From the NCBI GenBank assembly GCA_036172245.1, contig JAYWIR010000023.1:1178001-1242000 (forward strand): 64,000 bases of DNA, in the 5' to 3' direction. Within the stretch, counting starts at the first letter, position 1, and every line of letters begins with the position of its first letter. Shown here one piece after another: positions 49,301 through 62,542 of this stretch. Both the position numbers and the translations under genes were made by a program. Source of the stretch: Raillietiella orientalis. Its lineage: Eukaryota. The notes below the pieces were generated by a model. It saw only the letters and a list, made by a program, of their open reading frames with translations. It was not told where the DNA came from and did no database searches.

Positions 49301-50310
49301 TCGAGCGCGTTTCAAAGTCCCTTCAGCACGCGCGCTCTTTTGTACATTGAGTAACCGAGTCCCCGAACGAGAAATCGGGATAAAATGACTCCCGAGGAGG
49401 CAGAAAAACTCTATGCTGCGTGGTGCTCGCGGAGCGGCAGCTCTGCGCGAACCAAGAAAAGCTGCTCCCCAGCATTAATTCATTTGATTGAATTGATTGT
49501 AAGTCCATTTCCCGCAGCGGCCGTTTCCACGGAAACAATACTTATCCATTACGCTCCTGTGCTTAATTCAGTATCTTGGAAATAGAGTGGGAAGGGAATC
49601 ATCGACAAGTCACGCGCATTATCATAAGCATTCAATGGTACGATAAACCGCATTTGGTATGATTATGAGTGCGGAATCTGGAGCGGACAATGAGAGATCC
49701 TGCATCGAAAATCAGCATCTCCAGAGATTTTTAATGAATGGATCCATAGATTCTTCCAAAATCGAAAATGATTTTAATGCTCTCCGCTCGCAGCTTCTGT
49801 TGCTCTTTCAGCGTGGACCTCTCGAAAGGAAACACTTGGCCTTCGTGAAAGTCCTGGTTTTGGGGGGGAGGGGGAAGGGGGGAAAGGAAGGGGAGGGGGG
49901 AACTTCCTTGGTAAGCAGAACACCGAGCTGCGAGAAAGAAAGGCGCTTTCCGCCGGACCGAAAGTTCAAAGACGAATTACTGATTTCCGATTTTCGTCCT
50001 GGAATTTTTCTTAGGTCACCGTCATTCACTGTCGCTCGCTTCCTCTGCCCGAGAGGCAGAGAACTTTTATTTTACTTACATTTGAAATACTCGTTGATGC
50101 TCCATCGAAAAAAGGAAGAAAGATTGCCTATTGAAATAACGGAGTTGTACTGACAAAAAACATTATGTGTTTCATGAAAACACCCTTCCCCTCGGAATAA
50201 CAAATGATGTGAAATTCATGGGGTTGTTAATGCCAGTAGTTTTTTTCTTTCTTTTCTTTAATTCTCACTGTTAGTTCTAATTTGCAGCCACCAAATGAAT
50301 TCGGCCTTTA

Positions 50311-50348
<38 letters not shown>

Positions 50349-53300
50349 CGGAAAATAAATAGAACTTAAGTGAAAATCGCAATCATCGTCATCAAGAGGC
50401 TTCTCATTTTTCACTCCAGAGTGTCCGCAAGCAACAAGCCACGTTCACAGTTCTTCTTACCCTATCGTAGGTGCATGGCGCAGACCATCCTCGCAGGTCG
50501 AAAACCTATACGGTTCCCCACATTCGGAAGGATGCTGACAAATTCGTGCAAGAATTACATCCAGATCTCGTGTCTTGGAGCCTCTTTCAAACACGACCGC
50601 TTGGCGAAAACGGGTAGGCGGCGACGCGAGCGCGCGTACTCTCAGACTGCCTGCTGGTGAGACGTCGCAGTGGCCACATCCAGTCGGAGGACCACCAGAA
50701 TCTTGCCGTCATACGAGAGGAAAATTAGTAGCGGTGGTAGCGGGTGCTCCTTGCTCTAAGTGGGCCTGACGTCACGCTTCCATTCCGGAAGAGAGGGAGG
50801 ACGGGCACTGTGGCGTGAGCATTAAGCGGGGGAGAGATAAGGGAATGCTGGAATGCCGATGGGCGAAAATCTCTCGCTCCAGAAATGTGAGGTCTTGCTG
50901 CCTTGACGCAGTGGCGCGCCTTCTCCAGCCTCCCTCACGCGTGAACGGAAACCCAGACTCTCCTGAACAAGTCGAAAATAAAAATAAGGAAATCGCATTT
51001 CGTGCCCGATGGTCAGCCAACCACCTATTTTGAGCAACAGGAAAGATTCGCCTCCTCCTCTCGTTCCATTAGAAAAAGTCAGCGGCAGAGTTAATCGCAT
51101 CTGGTCCGGAAAATGGGAATACAGACGAGCGAGCAATCACCGCACGAGCTGAGTGGAGATGACATGTTTTCAATATCCCATTTATCAGATGGGAGAGAGT
51201 GCCTTGCTGCTGTGCAGCATCTCGGTGTACTGACAATTCGCCACCAGTGGTTTCCGTTCACAGCGAGTTCCGAAAAAGGGATGCCGCAGGGAGGAGTCCC
51301 GTGACAGGGGGGCGAAGCTCCAGTCAGCTAGGCGGTCCTCGCTCTCAGAAGCCACGAGGCAGGATCTTTTCCGCCTGCCTTTTTGCGAAGCGGACAGGCT
51401 CCTCTTCGTAGCGTTAGCAGCCAGGGGAACCTCGAAGCTTGCGTCCCGATCGTCCGAAACAAGAAATTCCGGGAAGAAGTTTCTCGCAAGAGTGTGAAAT
51501 TCTTGTCAGCCCGTGTGCCTTTGCAGCTCTTCATCCGGTGGGCAGAAAACGAAATGCCCGCCGCGGAACAAAGGAAGGAGGTGTTGAGTTATGGTTTTTT
51601 TTTTTTTTTTTTTCTTAGAAGAGGAGAAGGAGGAGTCGGAAATGCTACGAATTCGTTCTTATTTCTCTGCACTTTTCTTTAGTTGTTTCTGAAGACGAGG
51701 AAACCCTCATTTACGATCGAGAGCGCGAGCGACGCCATCATCTTCAAGAGAAAGAGGAAGATACGGAACAGATCCGGGAGCACGTGGGTTCTACAAGGCT
51801 TAACTTTTAAGGAGGAGTTTTCACTTTTTTTCCCAAGTATTGTAAGGAAAGAAAAAAAAAAAATAGAAAAATTTCAGCAAGAGTCCGTTTCAGGAGCACC
51901 GGTATGCGTTCTAGCTCACCTGCTTTGACGATCTGGAGATAACTACACCTCCGGTTTCCGCGTGAGTCAGAACATTCAATCAGATGAGGCACTTCGGAAA
52001 AAAGGCTAAATCGGGCTAACACTGGGCCGATTTGACCCAAGGATTCGTGCACTCCTAACGAAGACGTACTCGAAGAGACGACTCAACAGGTGGAAACGAG
52101 CAAGCTTGAGATCTCATTCAAAATGGCGTTCCGCTTAGTCTCAGTGCGACTTGGTTCCTGCCCCTGTGAAACAGTTGTCTCTTCTCATGAACGAGCTGAG
52201 TGATGGAAAACATTGGTCTTAGCATGGAAAACATTGGTCTCATCTCGAGAAAAAAAAAAAAAAGAAAACAAGTGATTAATCTCGAGTTGCTCTGCAGAGA
52301 TCACAGGTGATTTTCTCGTTGAAGTCAAATCATTTCACCTCTGCACCAGCTGCCCGTTCCAGGAGGGAGCGACGCTGAAGCATCTGAGTACTGAAACGGG
52401 ATCAAAACTTCGCGAATGCACAAGGGGGCAAATGGGCAAATGGAACCTCGAAGCTTAGGATGAATCGAGTCGGACGTGCACAGCTCCTCTGAGCAAGGGT
52501 GGTCAACTGGCTTCAAAGATGAATCCGCCAATCGAACCACAAGAAGGCGGGGAAGTCGGAAGAAATGAAGCGAAAATCCGTAGACTTGGGATGATGCACA
52601 TTGTCAGGGATAGCAGCGAGATTCACTGAGAGGCAGCAATGGAGACTAGGCTCGGTCACTTATGCTTTGTAACTGAGCAGCGACCGATGAGTGGCAGGAT
52701 AAAGAGAATGGCTGAGCAAACGAAGATGGAACAGCCGCAGTGTTTTCAAAAGACAACAGTGGATTAGAAAGAAAGGTGAGCTGTTGATGATTTCATTCAC
52801 CAGCAATGCTGGAATGCTCTCAAACAAAACGAGGGGAGACCTCAGAAAACACGTCCCAACGATGGCAGCTTAGAAGCTGAAGACATGGATCACGATGAAT
52901 CACACTGCGTACTGAGACACTTCCGTTGAGCTCCGATGTTTTAACAGTATACATGACCTGGATTAATGTTTACTCGGAACCATAAGAGCGAAAGCATCAG
53001 TTCCCAAAATTTCGAAGGATGCATTCTAGAAAGTGCATCTCGTGGCCGCCGTGGCCGGTCAAGTCTTCTAAAGCAAACAGAAACGCATCAATGCAAGCCG
53101 GGCGGAACGGAAATTGAATCATTATCTCATCATCAGCAAGCTGTTGTTTCACAAGAATAACACCAGCGCCGGATCTTGTGCACAGCATCCGTTATCCTTC
53201 CATGCACTACTTTGAAGAGTATTACCGTTATTTCCACTTATTCCATTATTGTTTTATGGATTTTTCTACATGGCTATCCCATTAGCCATCTCATTATCAT

Positions 53301-53934
53301 ATTAATTATTAAGTAAATTTTTGCTCATTCTGTTTGTGTAGCAAAGCAGGAAAGAAAAAAAGCTACAGGTAATGACTAATGGCCACCTTTGCTGCTGTGG
53401 TAAGGATGAATGCCACGAGCTGACCGCAAGAAGTGGCAACACGTGGTCTCAGCCTCTTAGAGTTACGTTCAGAGACGACAACTACATCAGCTATTTAAGT
53501 CTAATGTAATATGAGCTTTAGTAAAATGAAGATCACTTTGTCATACCTCACCATCACGAGACATGCAACCGCGAAGCGCCTCTCACATGCGCACCTCTGT
53601 TTCGGCTCGATAAGTGCGATTTACTTTATTTTCTTTCTTTCTTTCTTTTTTTTTTTTTTTTTTTACTAATTCGCGCCGTCAGCTCAACCGTGGTATCCTG
53701 GAAAGCTGCTACTTGTTTACGTTTGCGAAGCATTTCTGTTGCAACAACCTCAAAGACTTACCTTCAGGTTCGACTCATCCTGGACAGGGATTTTCTCGGA
53801 TAGGCACATTGCAGATTCGTCACCAGGAGCATTTTCTCCAAGAACGTTTCGACTTCCATCTCCCTCAGGATGGTCGGCTGCGCGCGTCGGCGTTTCGGCC
53901 AGAAAAAAAAAAAAAAAAAAAGGCAGTAGCACAC

Positions 53935-54576
53935 TGTGGGCAGAATAGTTCTCTCAAAGGTTTATTCCTATCGTCTGCAGTCAGGTACTCCAGCGAGCAG
54001 GTCCCAAAGAGGTCCCGTTCCCAAATGAAAATTTCCATTTGCTCACTTGGCAGGACGACGGAAGAAGACATGGCAGTTCAGAGCTCTGTACAGTTAGAAC
54101 ATCCCTGAAAACTGACAGAGGTTTCACGCCGTAGAAGAAAAAAAAAATACATACATAAAATTCCAACTTTCCTGTAATTCTTGCTCACCATGCGAACGCA
54201 AGAAGCACTGGAGTTGTACCACGAAGCGTCCACTCCTGATAGCCTGAAAGGTTGATATCGAATGAGGATGGTGGCGAGAGAAGTGCGTTGCATTATGTCG
54301 GCTTGATTCCGAACTGCAGACATGGCAAAGAGTGTCCCTGTGTCTGCTAGGATTCCATAGAATCTCAGGCTATTTAGACAAAAGGGTTTACGGGCGAGGA
54401 TGAGCTGGCGTCTATGTACCTTGCACCGATGGTTATGTACTTCCTAATGTTGAATACATTGATCTCCAACAGCTGTTTCTCGCAACACATGATGCTGCAA
54501 GCATCCTCGCTCTCCTGCGAATCTCGAACCAAGGTTCGAGAGTTACGGGTTTGGAATTTCATCCAAAATGTTAAGG
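53935..54576 (-). pseudogene. Possible tandem CUB-like domain gene fragment, interrupted by a stop
   Basis: Phase-consistent exons 54576-54420, 54369-54189 and 54104-~53935 give LTFWMKFQTRNS...CCEKQLLEI...GASLRFYG...ILIRYQ...SGVDASWY...GCSNCTEL*TAMSSSVVL...MEIF...GTCSLEYLTADD...LFCP. This loosely matches two CUB patterns (LxFxxF, CxxDYLxI, RFCG, GFxAxY). In-frame TGA at 54080-54078. Confidence 0.3.
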
Positions 54577-56430
54577 CTAATATGAAGCGTCAGCAGATAT
54601 AAAGCTATGTGAAATTCCACAATGCAAAGTTCTAGTTGTCCGCAATATTCGAAGGGAACTCTACGTGTCACTGCCCTATGTGCTATTACTACGGAAATTG
54701 CATCGATGCTTTTTTTTTTTTTCTCCATTAAGAGGTGAATCCTCTGTGCCGATAGCACTTGCCTAGCTCAGGCGGTACTTTTACATTTTCGCTACAGAAA
54801 CAGCACACCTAGTTGTTCGATTGCCCGTGAGATGGCGCAGGTGAAACGCGCAGGATCTCATTGAATGGAGGTGTCGGAGACTCCAGATGCGCTCCCTCCA
54901 AGCACGAAGGATTCCAGATTAAAAGCAGTTGGGAAAAAAGCGCCAATTTGTAAGGGCTCTGAATCTTCCTTATCCCATGGGTTTCTTGGGGTAATACCGT
55001 AATGAACGAGGGCTATTCTCATGAGCAGTGAGCCCGAAATCAACTTGTTGAATCATTATTGCTCCAGAAAATGTTTGAGGCTTTCGGCATATTCATAGTA
55101 GTACTCTCGCAGTAACTTAGAAGCTCAGACTTACTCCGAGGGTAGTACTATGAATGTCCCACGATGTCCACAACCTACATTCAATCATTCTGATTCCAAA
55201 GCAATTTTTTTTTTCCTTCTCGAAATGAAGCTTTCCCCGTAAAACCGAAACTGGAATCGAATTATCGGAATTATCGTGGGATCCTCGGGATTTCCTGTAT
55301 TCGAGAGAGAAGTGGAGAAAACTCTCCAAATAATAGACGGAGTAGCATAAAATAATCCAGTGCTCCTGAACCGGGAAAGCTTCCGCGCACCTTTTGCTCT
55401 TTGCACCTTTTGAGCGTTCCAGTTTTTGTCGATGGACGTTCAGGAATCAGGCGGTTTGTGAGGAGTCATGTGTCGAGGAACGCTTCTCAAATAGGTTTCA
55501 AAGGTAGGGAGGAGTTGACGGGTCTAATGCTCCGAGAGTAGAGTGTCATTCTATTGTCTGTTGAGAAGGGAAAATCTAAGAAAAATTTCAGACCCACTCG
55601 ATCCCTAGTTTGAATCCTGGATTCCTGGATTCGAGATCCAAGCGACTTTAGACCTCGTGATGCGCCGCAAGAACCTCAACATGTGGTTCAATAGCAAACC
55701 CTGTGAGACGGCAGATTGAAGCTCACCACAGCAATCCTTGTAGAGCAGATTGCATGGTGAAACACAGCAGAAGAGTTCGCACCAGCAGTGAAAAAGAGTT
55801 CATGCACCCAGAGGCTTCTTCCCAATAAGAAGAAGAAAAAAAAAAAAGCAAACACACACACACATCAGAAGGAATGCATTTGTAAAGAGAAAAGCAATCT
55901 CAATGTTATACATCTGTAGTGATTAAAACGCGCTCCTTTACTTTGCTGTGCCATCTGCGAAAATTTAGTGCATCATGTGAAATCACTAACCGTGATGAGG
56001 AAAGACGAAAACAAGGGACCCTGTAGCCAGACGAACGTCCTCTCGAGAAGAGAATGCTCATTTTGATGCATTCGCCTTTCTATCGAGAATCCACCGAAAG
56101 AGTTATTGCTATGCACTTGCAATAGATCAATCTTGATATTTGACGTTGGGCATTTTCACCCGAACATTAACCAAGAAGAATCGACGCCTTTATCCAATTA
56201 TCTACAGATATGCTCCTACGACAGAAAACGTTTCCAGTGGCTTTTTAGCACTCGCCAGCAATCCCCCCCCCCCTCCCCGCCGACGAGGAGCACCCCCTTC
56301 GAATTCAACATGTGCGATGTCTCGCTCTAATGGAACTCGATTCCGCCGAGGTGTAACCTTGACAACATATCTGCCAGAGAAGGCAAGCGGGTTAACGGCG
56401 AAGAAGATCGAAAGAATCTAGAAGACTGGA

Positions 56431-56770
56431 CTACTCCGCCGTAGAGGCTTTGCTGACGAGTACTCTAGAGAGACTCTTTCTGTCCTCTCGGAAGGTGCTT
56501 TCCCAGGTGCACGTTTCGAAGAATGCTGAGTTCCTTCCATCAAGGAACTCACGAATCAACGCCGCTCCGTCTTGGTCGGCGGCAAAGGAAACACCTGAAT
56601 TTGTTGAACGCTGGGAGAGTGACGTAGAAGACATCCAGTACATCACGAATAACGGAGTCGCGGATTTTCTCCGGCAGCCTCTTGCTCCCTGGGAGGTATG
56701 GAGGGTAAAGGGTAAAGGGTTTTCTATGGAGACCACGAGTGCTTCTAGAACACATTTGGGACACAACTCA
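56431..56770 (-). mobile_element. Possible decayed APE-type LINE endonuclease remnant
   Basis: LEALVVSI...TLYPP and DQDGAALIREFLDGRNSAFF...STF...SLSRVLVS loosely resemble the LINE endonuclease pattern (ExxxVxI, YxPP, NGxxLxxFL, TF, SxIDxxLVS). Weak. Confidence 0.25.
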
Positions 56771-59215
56771 TTTGGGTGAGGGTGAGGGGAACGGAAGAGT
56801 CCTTGATAGGTTCAGTGATTGCGAGGGAAGAGGTGGCAAGCTAAGAAGAATGAGATGGCGGATGGACCTTTGCGGTTCTTGAGACGCGCTTACGTTGCTG
56901 CTGGCCTTCTCGAGAAGATGATGGGGGCGATGGTTATGGAATTTGGATCGATATGGAACTGTTCATGCAGGGGTTCAGAAGTTTGGTTAGTCAGGTGGAG
57001 GAGAAAGGTGGGACCGTCGCGCTTCTTATTGAGACATGGATGAATTGGATGGAGAAGAGGAGAAGCAGGGAATGGAACGAACACTGAGGTTAGTTCTCTG
57101 TTCAGTAGAAGGAGCACTTGCGGATGTTCCAAACGAGTTGCTGATGCTGGACGACAAATCGGTGGCGGTATGGAACAGCTCCTCGTTCTGCGTTTAGTAT
57201 TCGTGCCGGGGAGAGACTGCAGGGAGAAGACCACCAGGTGGGGCTCGCAAGAGATCCTCTGCCATCTCACTTTGCGGCCCCCTGATCGAGTTTTCCGCTC
57301 GCTCCCGCTGCAAGCCACCTTGTGAGACGAGGAAGGATGAGATTGGGGTCATCCTTGGGCGGGCACCACGTGATAGCACCACGGAATGAGACTTTGTTCC
57401 TGTTGCGACTTCTGTGAGTCGAAGAGTCCGGGCACGCATCTGTTTTGCCGCAACGCCTTTCGTGGCGAGAGACACCCAAATTCCAAAGGAATCAGAAGAG
57501 ACTGGCAAGCGCTACGGGCAACAGCCAGAACGTTTTCACCTGGGCTTCCTCGAAGAAGACCGAAATCGAGTCTCTGCCTGCCGAAATGCGATCGACGGCT
57601 GTCCAGCTTGTTGCGCTTTCAATGTCTCTCCAAAGCAGGATGAGGATGCTGCACGGCCTTGGGTCGGAGACGTCAGAGTCCCACAGCAGCGAGCAGCGCG
57701 TGATAAATGATCAGATTTTTGGCCCCGCTCCTCTGCATCTGTCTCCCTGATCAACCTGGATTCTTCATGTCCTGATGGACAAACTTAACCTGCAGAACGA
57801 GAGAAAGATGGATCGATGCCTAAAGACTACGAAGACGTGGTTCGGTTTAAGATCGAAGAGACCACCGTCCACAGTACAGAGTCATGAAACGTTCCGTCTG
57901 CGAGTACGGTAACCTTGAGCGCAGCGTCTCCGATACGCGGATGCGGAGCCTGCAGCATCCAGATGCGACATCACTGGGAATCTCAGAACGCCATGAGGGC
58001 AGAGAGAGTCCACACGCTATGCTGCGCATCTGCGACCTTCCATTAACTTATCGGCCATTCGAGAAAGGCGAAGATTAATTATCATTTTTGCGAGGGATGC
58101 TTTTCAAGGGGCCGCGCGGGCTGATGTTTCAGACGGACCGGTTTCCAGCAGCACTTTAGCAGCGGCTATTCTAAATATAGCCCGAAAGACTGGGATGATT
58201 TTCGAGCTCTATAGGCAAAAAAAAAAAAGCGTTTGCTGAAACAGCTTGGAGTTTGCTGAAGGGATCTAACTGGTCATTCATCTTCGCAGAAGCATATCTG
58301 ACTCGCTGGTGCCTCATCTGTGAGCATCCGGCTGTTCGCGGATTGATGGCTGCGTTGTCGTCATTTCGAGGGTCACTTTGAAGGAAAGGGAGTTGTACAT
58401 TCCTATCGAATTCCAGTCGTGCCCTGGAGCGGTGGCCATTTTCGCCCTCGTCGGGAAATCCCGCATTCACCGCTTGGATCCAACCAACTTCGATTCATGC
58501 ACTTCCTTCCAGCGTTCCCTTCTGCTCCTCATCAGAGCCAAAGAGCTGACCACCTGATCCCTTTTGAAGAGAACGCCGTCTGCCGCCGCAACGCGATCCG
58601 TGGGTCAAACGGGTTCGCCGTCAGCCGTTGCTGCTGGCTCGGAATTCTATGGCGGACCGGGGGGAAGAAAGAACGCGCCCCGCAATCCTGTGCTGCTCCC
58701 GAGCAATCCTGTTTCGGACGTCTCCATCCCCGGCGAGTCTTCCGGTCGCGTCCGGGCCCATCACGCACGGCAAACCTCCCAGCCAGAGGGCGCTTTTGGC
58801 CGGTGAGGCTGCCACTGGGGGGGCAGTTCCAAATGTTCTATTTGTATCCCCTAGCAGTTGTACTCAACCCTTTCGGGAAGTGCGATCCGCAGACTCACGG
58901 ACGGAGCAGCCAACTCTTTGGTGGTCTCCGGGAGGTTGCTTTCCTGAAGGAGGACAAGAGGAGGGGATGGAAGCAATGGCTTCGTCGTCTGACAATCCCG
59001 CAATCCGTGCACCCCGAAGTATCCAGAGGCGATGAAGGACGAAGACAAGAAGGCGTCGAGGACGATCGGTCTTCCAGGACTCTATCCGGGGTTCGATCCG
59101 AGCGGATGCATGTACTGCTGTGCAGAACGGAACGAAGAGACCTCGGCCCTTTTCCCGGCAGCTTGGCCAATCTAATTCCTTGACACAGCAGACTGATGCT
59201 GGTGGAAACTCTCCT

Positions 59216-62200
59216 GGGTTCTTCCACTTCGTTGCTTTCCTTCCAGCTTTTTTTTGGGGTGGTGGGGTGGGGTGAGGGGTCTCCAGTGCTGAAGAACCGT
59301 TCGCCTCCTTGGGGGACTCTTGGAGCTCTTTAGCATTGTCCGCGCCACCCGAGGACGCGTGTGACTCTTCAAGTCGTATGAGGTAACCCCGTAGAGACCA
59401 CTTTATGAATCCAGGATGACTCCGGAGGAAGGAGTTCGTTCCTCTTACGCTTGGCAGGGAATCCCGAAGGGAACCTCTTCCTTATTCTCCCCGGAGAGGG
59501 TTACTCCTTTTCTTTTTGTTTCCAAAGGGAACCCGGAAAGGATCCTCTCCTTGTTTCCTCTCCTGAAGGGAACCCCGAAGGGATGCTTCCCGATTTCCCT
59601 GAAGGACGCACACTTCTTACACTCTGGAAAGGCAGTCCCTCGAAGGGATGGCTCCCTTTTTGCCACCGGAGGGGAACCTCGAAGGGAACCTGCGCTCCTT
59701 GATTCTTGGAAGGACTCCGGAAGCTCAACTTCCAAATCTGGACCAGTCAATGGGGACATCGGACTTCCACCAGTGCCGTTTTCAGAAAGCACTGCAAGCT
59801 CTCGGCCCGTTCCAAAGAAGCAGGTTTTACCTGCTAGAACGGGCTGCGGTGTGAAACACGTTCGTGCCCCCCTCCTCCCCCCCGTCTCGTTTAGCAGCAA
59901 TAGGAAGCAGACAGGACCTCCTCCGGATCTGGAGCAAAGGGAGGCCTCGAGTCCGCCTGAAGAACTGGTGGGCTCCTTGCCGGGACGACAGCCTAAGCCT
60001 CCTCCTGACGCTGGAGCGGATGGAGCTGCAGCTCTAGCTTCGAACACTTACCCAGGAGGCTCAGGAGAAGGAGCAGCGTCCCTTACAGAAGAGAGCTCAG
60101 TTCCCTCCCCCTCTCAAAAAAAAAAAAAAAACACTTGCCCTCGTGGCAACCCGCGGAGCACCTGGTGCCAACCGGCATGCCTCCTCGTCCACGCTGTCGG
60201 TGGCTTTCAAGCCAGCGACAGCGTGGGACGCGCGTCCTTCCTTGCGCGACGTCCACGCAGTCTCATCCACTGCGGACTGCGCCTTCAGCAGATGGCCACG
60301 CCGGCCAGGAAAGACGGATGAATCTTGCGCCGCCCTGCTAACGAGAGTGCCTGGTTGCAGAGAACCGTTCTCACGTGGGCGAGGACCCAGAAGCCAAGAA
60401 CAGAACAGGTGCGACGTTTCCTGCACGCGCGTAACAACAACTTCACGCTCAGGGAGACCCTGGAAGATCTCACAGAGAGTGCATGGGCGGGTAGAATCTC
60501 CCTCGCCGCCGCGCTGTCTTCCCTTAGGTAACAGATGGACAGCAGCCTTACGACTAGATGGGGGGTCACTGTGGAAATCTCCGTAAGGAGAAGAGGTTTG
60601 GTCAGTGTACGACGGGTCAGCTCATCGACGCTGCGACCCCGAGTGCCCAACCTCATGGACTTTTGCGCTGGGGTGTGTTACTGGGTGGCAGGAGTCAGCG
60701 TTGATGCTGCTGCACTGGGACCTCCCGTGCAACGCTCACCGGCATCTGTGGACACGGGGGGTTGTGGACCCAAACTTTGCAAGGTGCGATGAACGGGAAT
60801 CCCTCCCGCACCTTTAGTGGACTGTGTTGTCCTCCGGTCCCTCTGAGGATGCTTTGCCTCCACCCTTGGAACCCACGGCGGCGACGCCAGAGACGTTTTA
60901 AAGCATCTCTTCCTGTGCGATGCCCTCACGCCGTCCGCATCCCTATCAGCACTTTGCTGCCCACGCGGCATTTCCGGAAAGGCAAGGAGCCGGGACAGAA
61001 AAGAGAGGTGGAGTGGATCCGAGGAAGGACGGCGCTCCAAGCTGCTGCAGCGAGAGGAGTCTCCGACAACAGGAAGGATCGGCAGCAGCAGAGGAAGAGG
61101 GTGAGGGTGGGAGCGCGGTTTTCCCGCGCCAGAGCGGGAAAGTTGAGCGGGCGCTCCACTCGCCTTCCTGCGGCACACGCCATCCATCTCCGAGGTCATT
61201 TCGCGGTGGCCAAGTTCAGGCAAGTCCTGAGGACCGTGGTGACTGTGCTGATGCCCTTAAGTCCCGAAGTGCAGCTCCCGTCGCGGAGGACATGCGCCAT
61301 AAGCACTGCGGGACCCCACCCGTGTCGCCTGCCCACGTTCGAACCTTCCTATTCTTCCACTTTCTAACGCCACGCCCCCTTCTCCTTCCTCACAGACGAG
61401 GGGAGACACTCGCGCCACCGAGAGAAGCACGACGCTGGAGGTAGTCTTTCTGACCACGGATGATAGCTTTTTCTATACTTCGAGAAAATGCCCTGGAGGT
61501 TCTTCCGGACCTTCTGCTCCGTCCCTGACACACGAGGGAAAGCTCCCTTCCCATCCGGGGCAGAGCCGTTCACTCTTCGCCATCCTTCCCGGAGGCAGCG
61601 CCCCCCCGCGTTGTCGTTCGATCCAGATGAAAAGGAAACAGAGGTCATTGCAGGCCCCAAAGGGCTTCATCCTCTTCGGCTCCCCGTTCTGTTCCAGAAT
61701 TCCAACTTTTAAGAATTCTACAGTATCCCATGTATCCGTACCTCTTGAGGCCGTGGCCTCCGCGCGTGGTGCCAAGCGTTGCAGGTTCGAATTCCACTGG
61801 AGGAAGGTTCGACGCCGAGAATGGGGGATGCATAGTGGGTTTCGAATCCCTCTTTGCAAGATGACGCTGGTTCAGGTGCTGCACCGGTGGAAGGAGGGCG
61901 CCCCCATTGACTGACCGGGATCGGAAGTCAACTCTTTGGAGTCCTTCCAGGACATCAGGGAGCCCTTTAGGGTTTCCCTCTGGTTGTACAGATGGAGCCA
62001 AGTACCACCGAGTACCATGGAGCTGGTTGATACCCTTCTCGGGGGTTGTCTCTCCGGGGTGTAAGGAGTGCACTGATTCCTTCATGGAGCGTTCTTCAGA
62101 AAAATTAAGAAGCGTCCCTTCAAGGTTTTCTTCAGAGGAGGAATCAAGGAGCGGATCCTATTCGGGTTCTCTCCGGAGAAGAAATGAGGAATGCCCCCCT

Positions 62201-62478
62201 TTCCCTACAGGGGACCTCTCCGGAGAGAATAAGGAAGAGGCTCCCCTCGAAGTTTCCTCCCGATCGTGAGAGGAACTGAATTCTTCCTCTGTAGCCTTCC
62301 TGGATTCAGAGGGTGGTCTCTACGGGGTCACCCTCTGACTCGAAGAGTGAGCACGCGCCCTCAGTTGGCATGGACAGTGCTGAAGAGCTGAGTGAGCCCG
62401 AGGCGGAAGATTCCTCAGCACTTGGCGAACCAAAACAAAAAAAAAAGCTGGAAGGAAAGCAGCGAAGCAGAAGAACCC
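59216..62478. repeat. Diverged long inverted repeat pair (59216-59776 and 61881-62478) around a ~2.1 kb spacer
   Basis: Collinear shared blocks in reverse complement: TGCTTTCCTTCCAGCTTTTTTT, ACCCCGTAGAGACCAC, TGAATCCAGGA, CCTCTTCCTTATTCTC, GGAAGGACTCC, CAGTCAATGGGG, CTTCCACC. The arms contain degenerate GAAGGGAACCC-type subrepeats. Confidence 0.85.
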
Positions 62479-62506
62479 GAAATTCTCATCATCTATGGCT
62501 CGACAT

Positions 62507-62542
62507 CTTCAATACCCTTTTCTTGGGAAAAGGGTATTGAAG
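62507..62542. repeat. Perfect 16-bp hairpin with 4-nt loop
   Basis: CTTCAATACCCTTTTC-TTGG-GAAAAGGGTATTGAAG. Confidence 0.9.

Noticed and set aside
50311..50348. T12-A26 homopolymer palindrome (similar T13-A9 at 12428-12449)
   Set aside because: Simple-sequence runs are common throughout the window; no target-site duplication or retrocopy body seen.
11900..54080. Variant genetic code or TGA recoding to explain recurrent in-frame TGAs
   Set aside because: The intact KCTD10 and VMAT models terminate at TGA, IFT20 at TAG and TXNDC17 at TAA, and none has internal stops. Pseudogene decay is sufficient.
59416..60321. 301-aa ORF as a real protein
   Set aside because: It overlaps the inverted-repeat arm, does not appear preserved as one frame in the second arm, crosses a poly-A run and has no recognisable domain.
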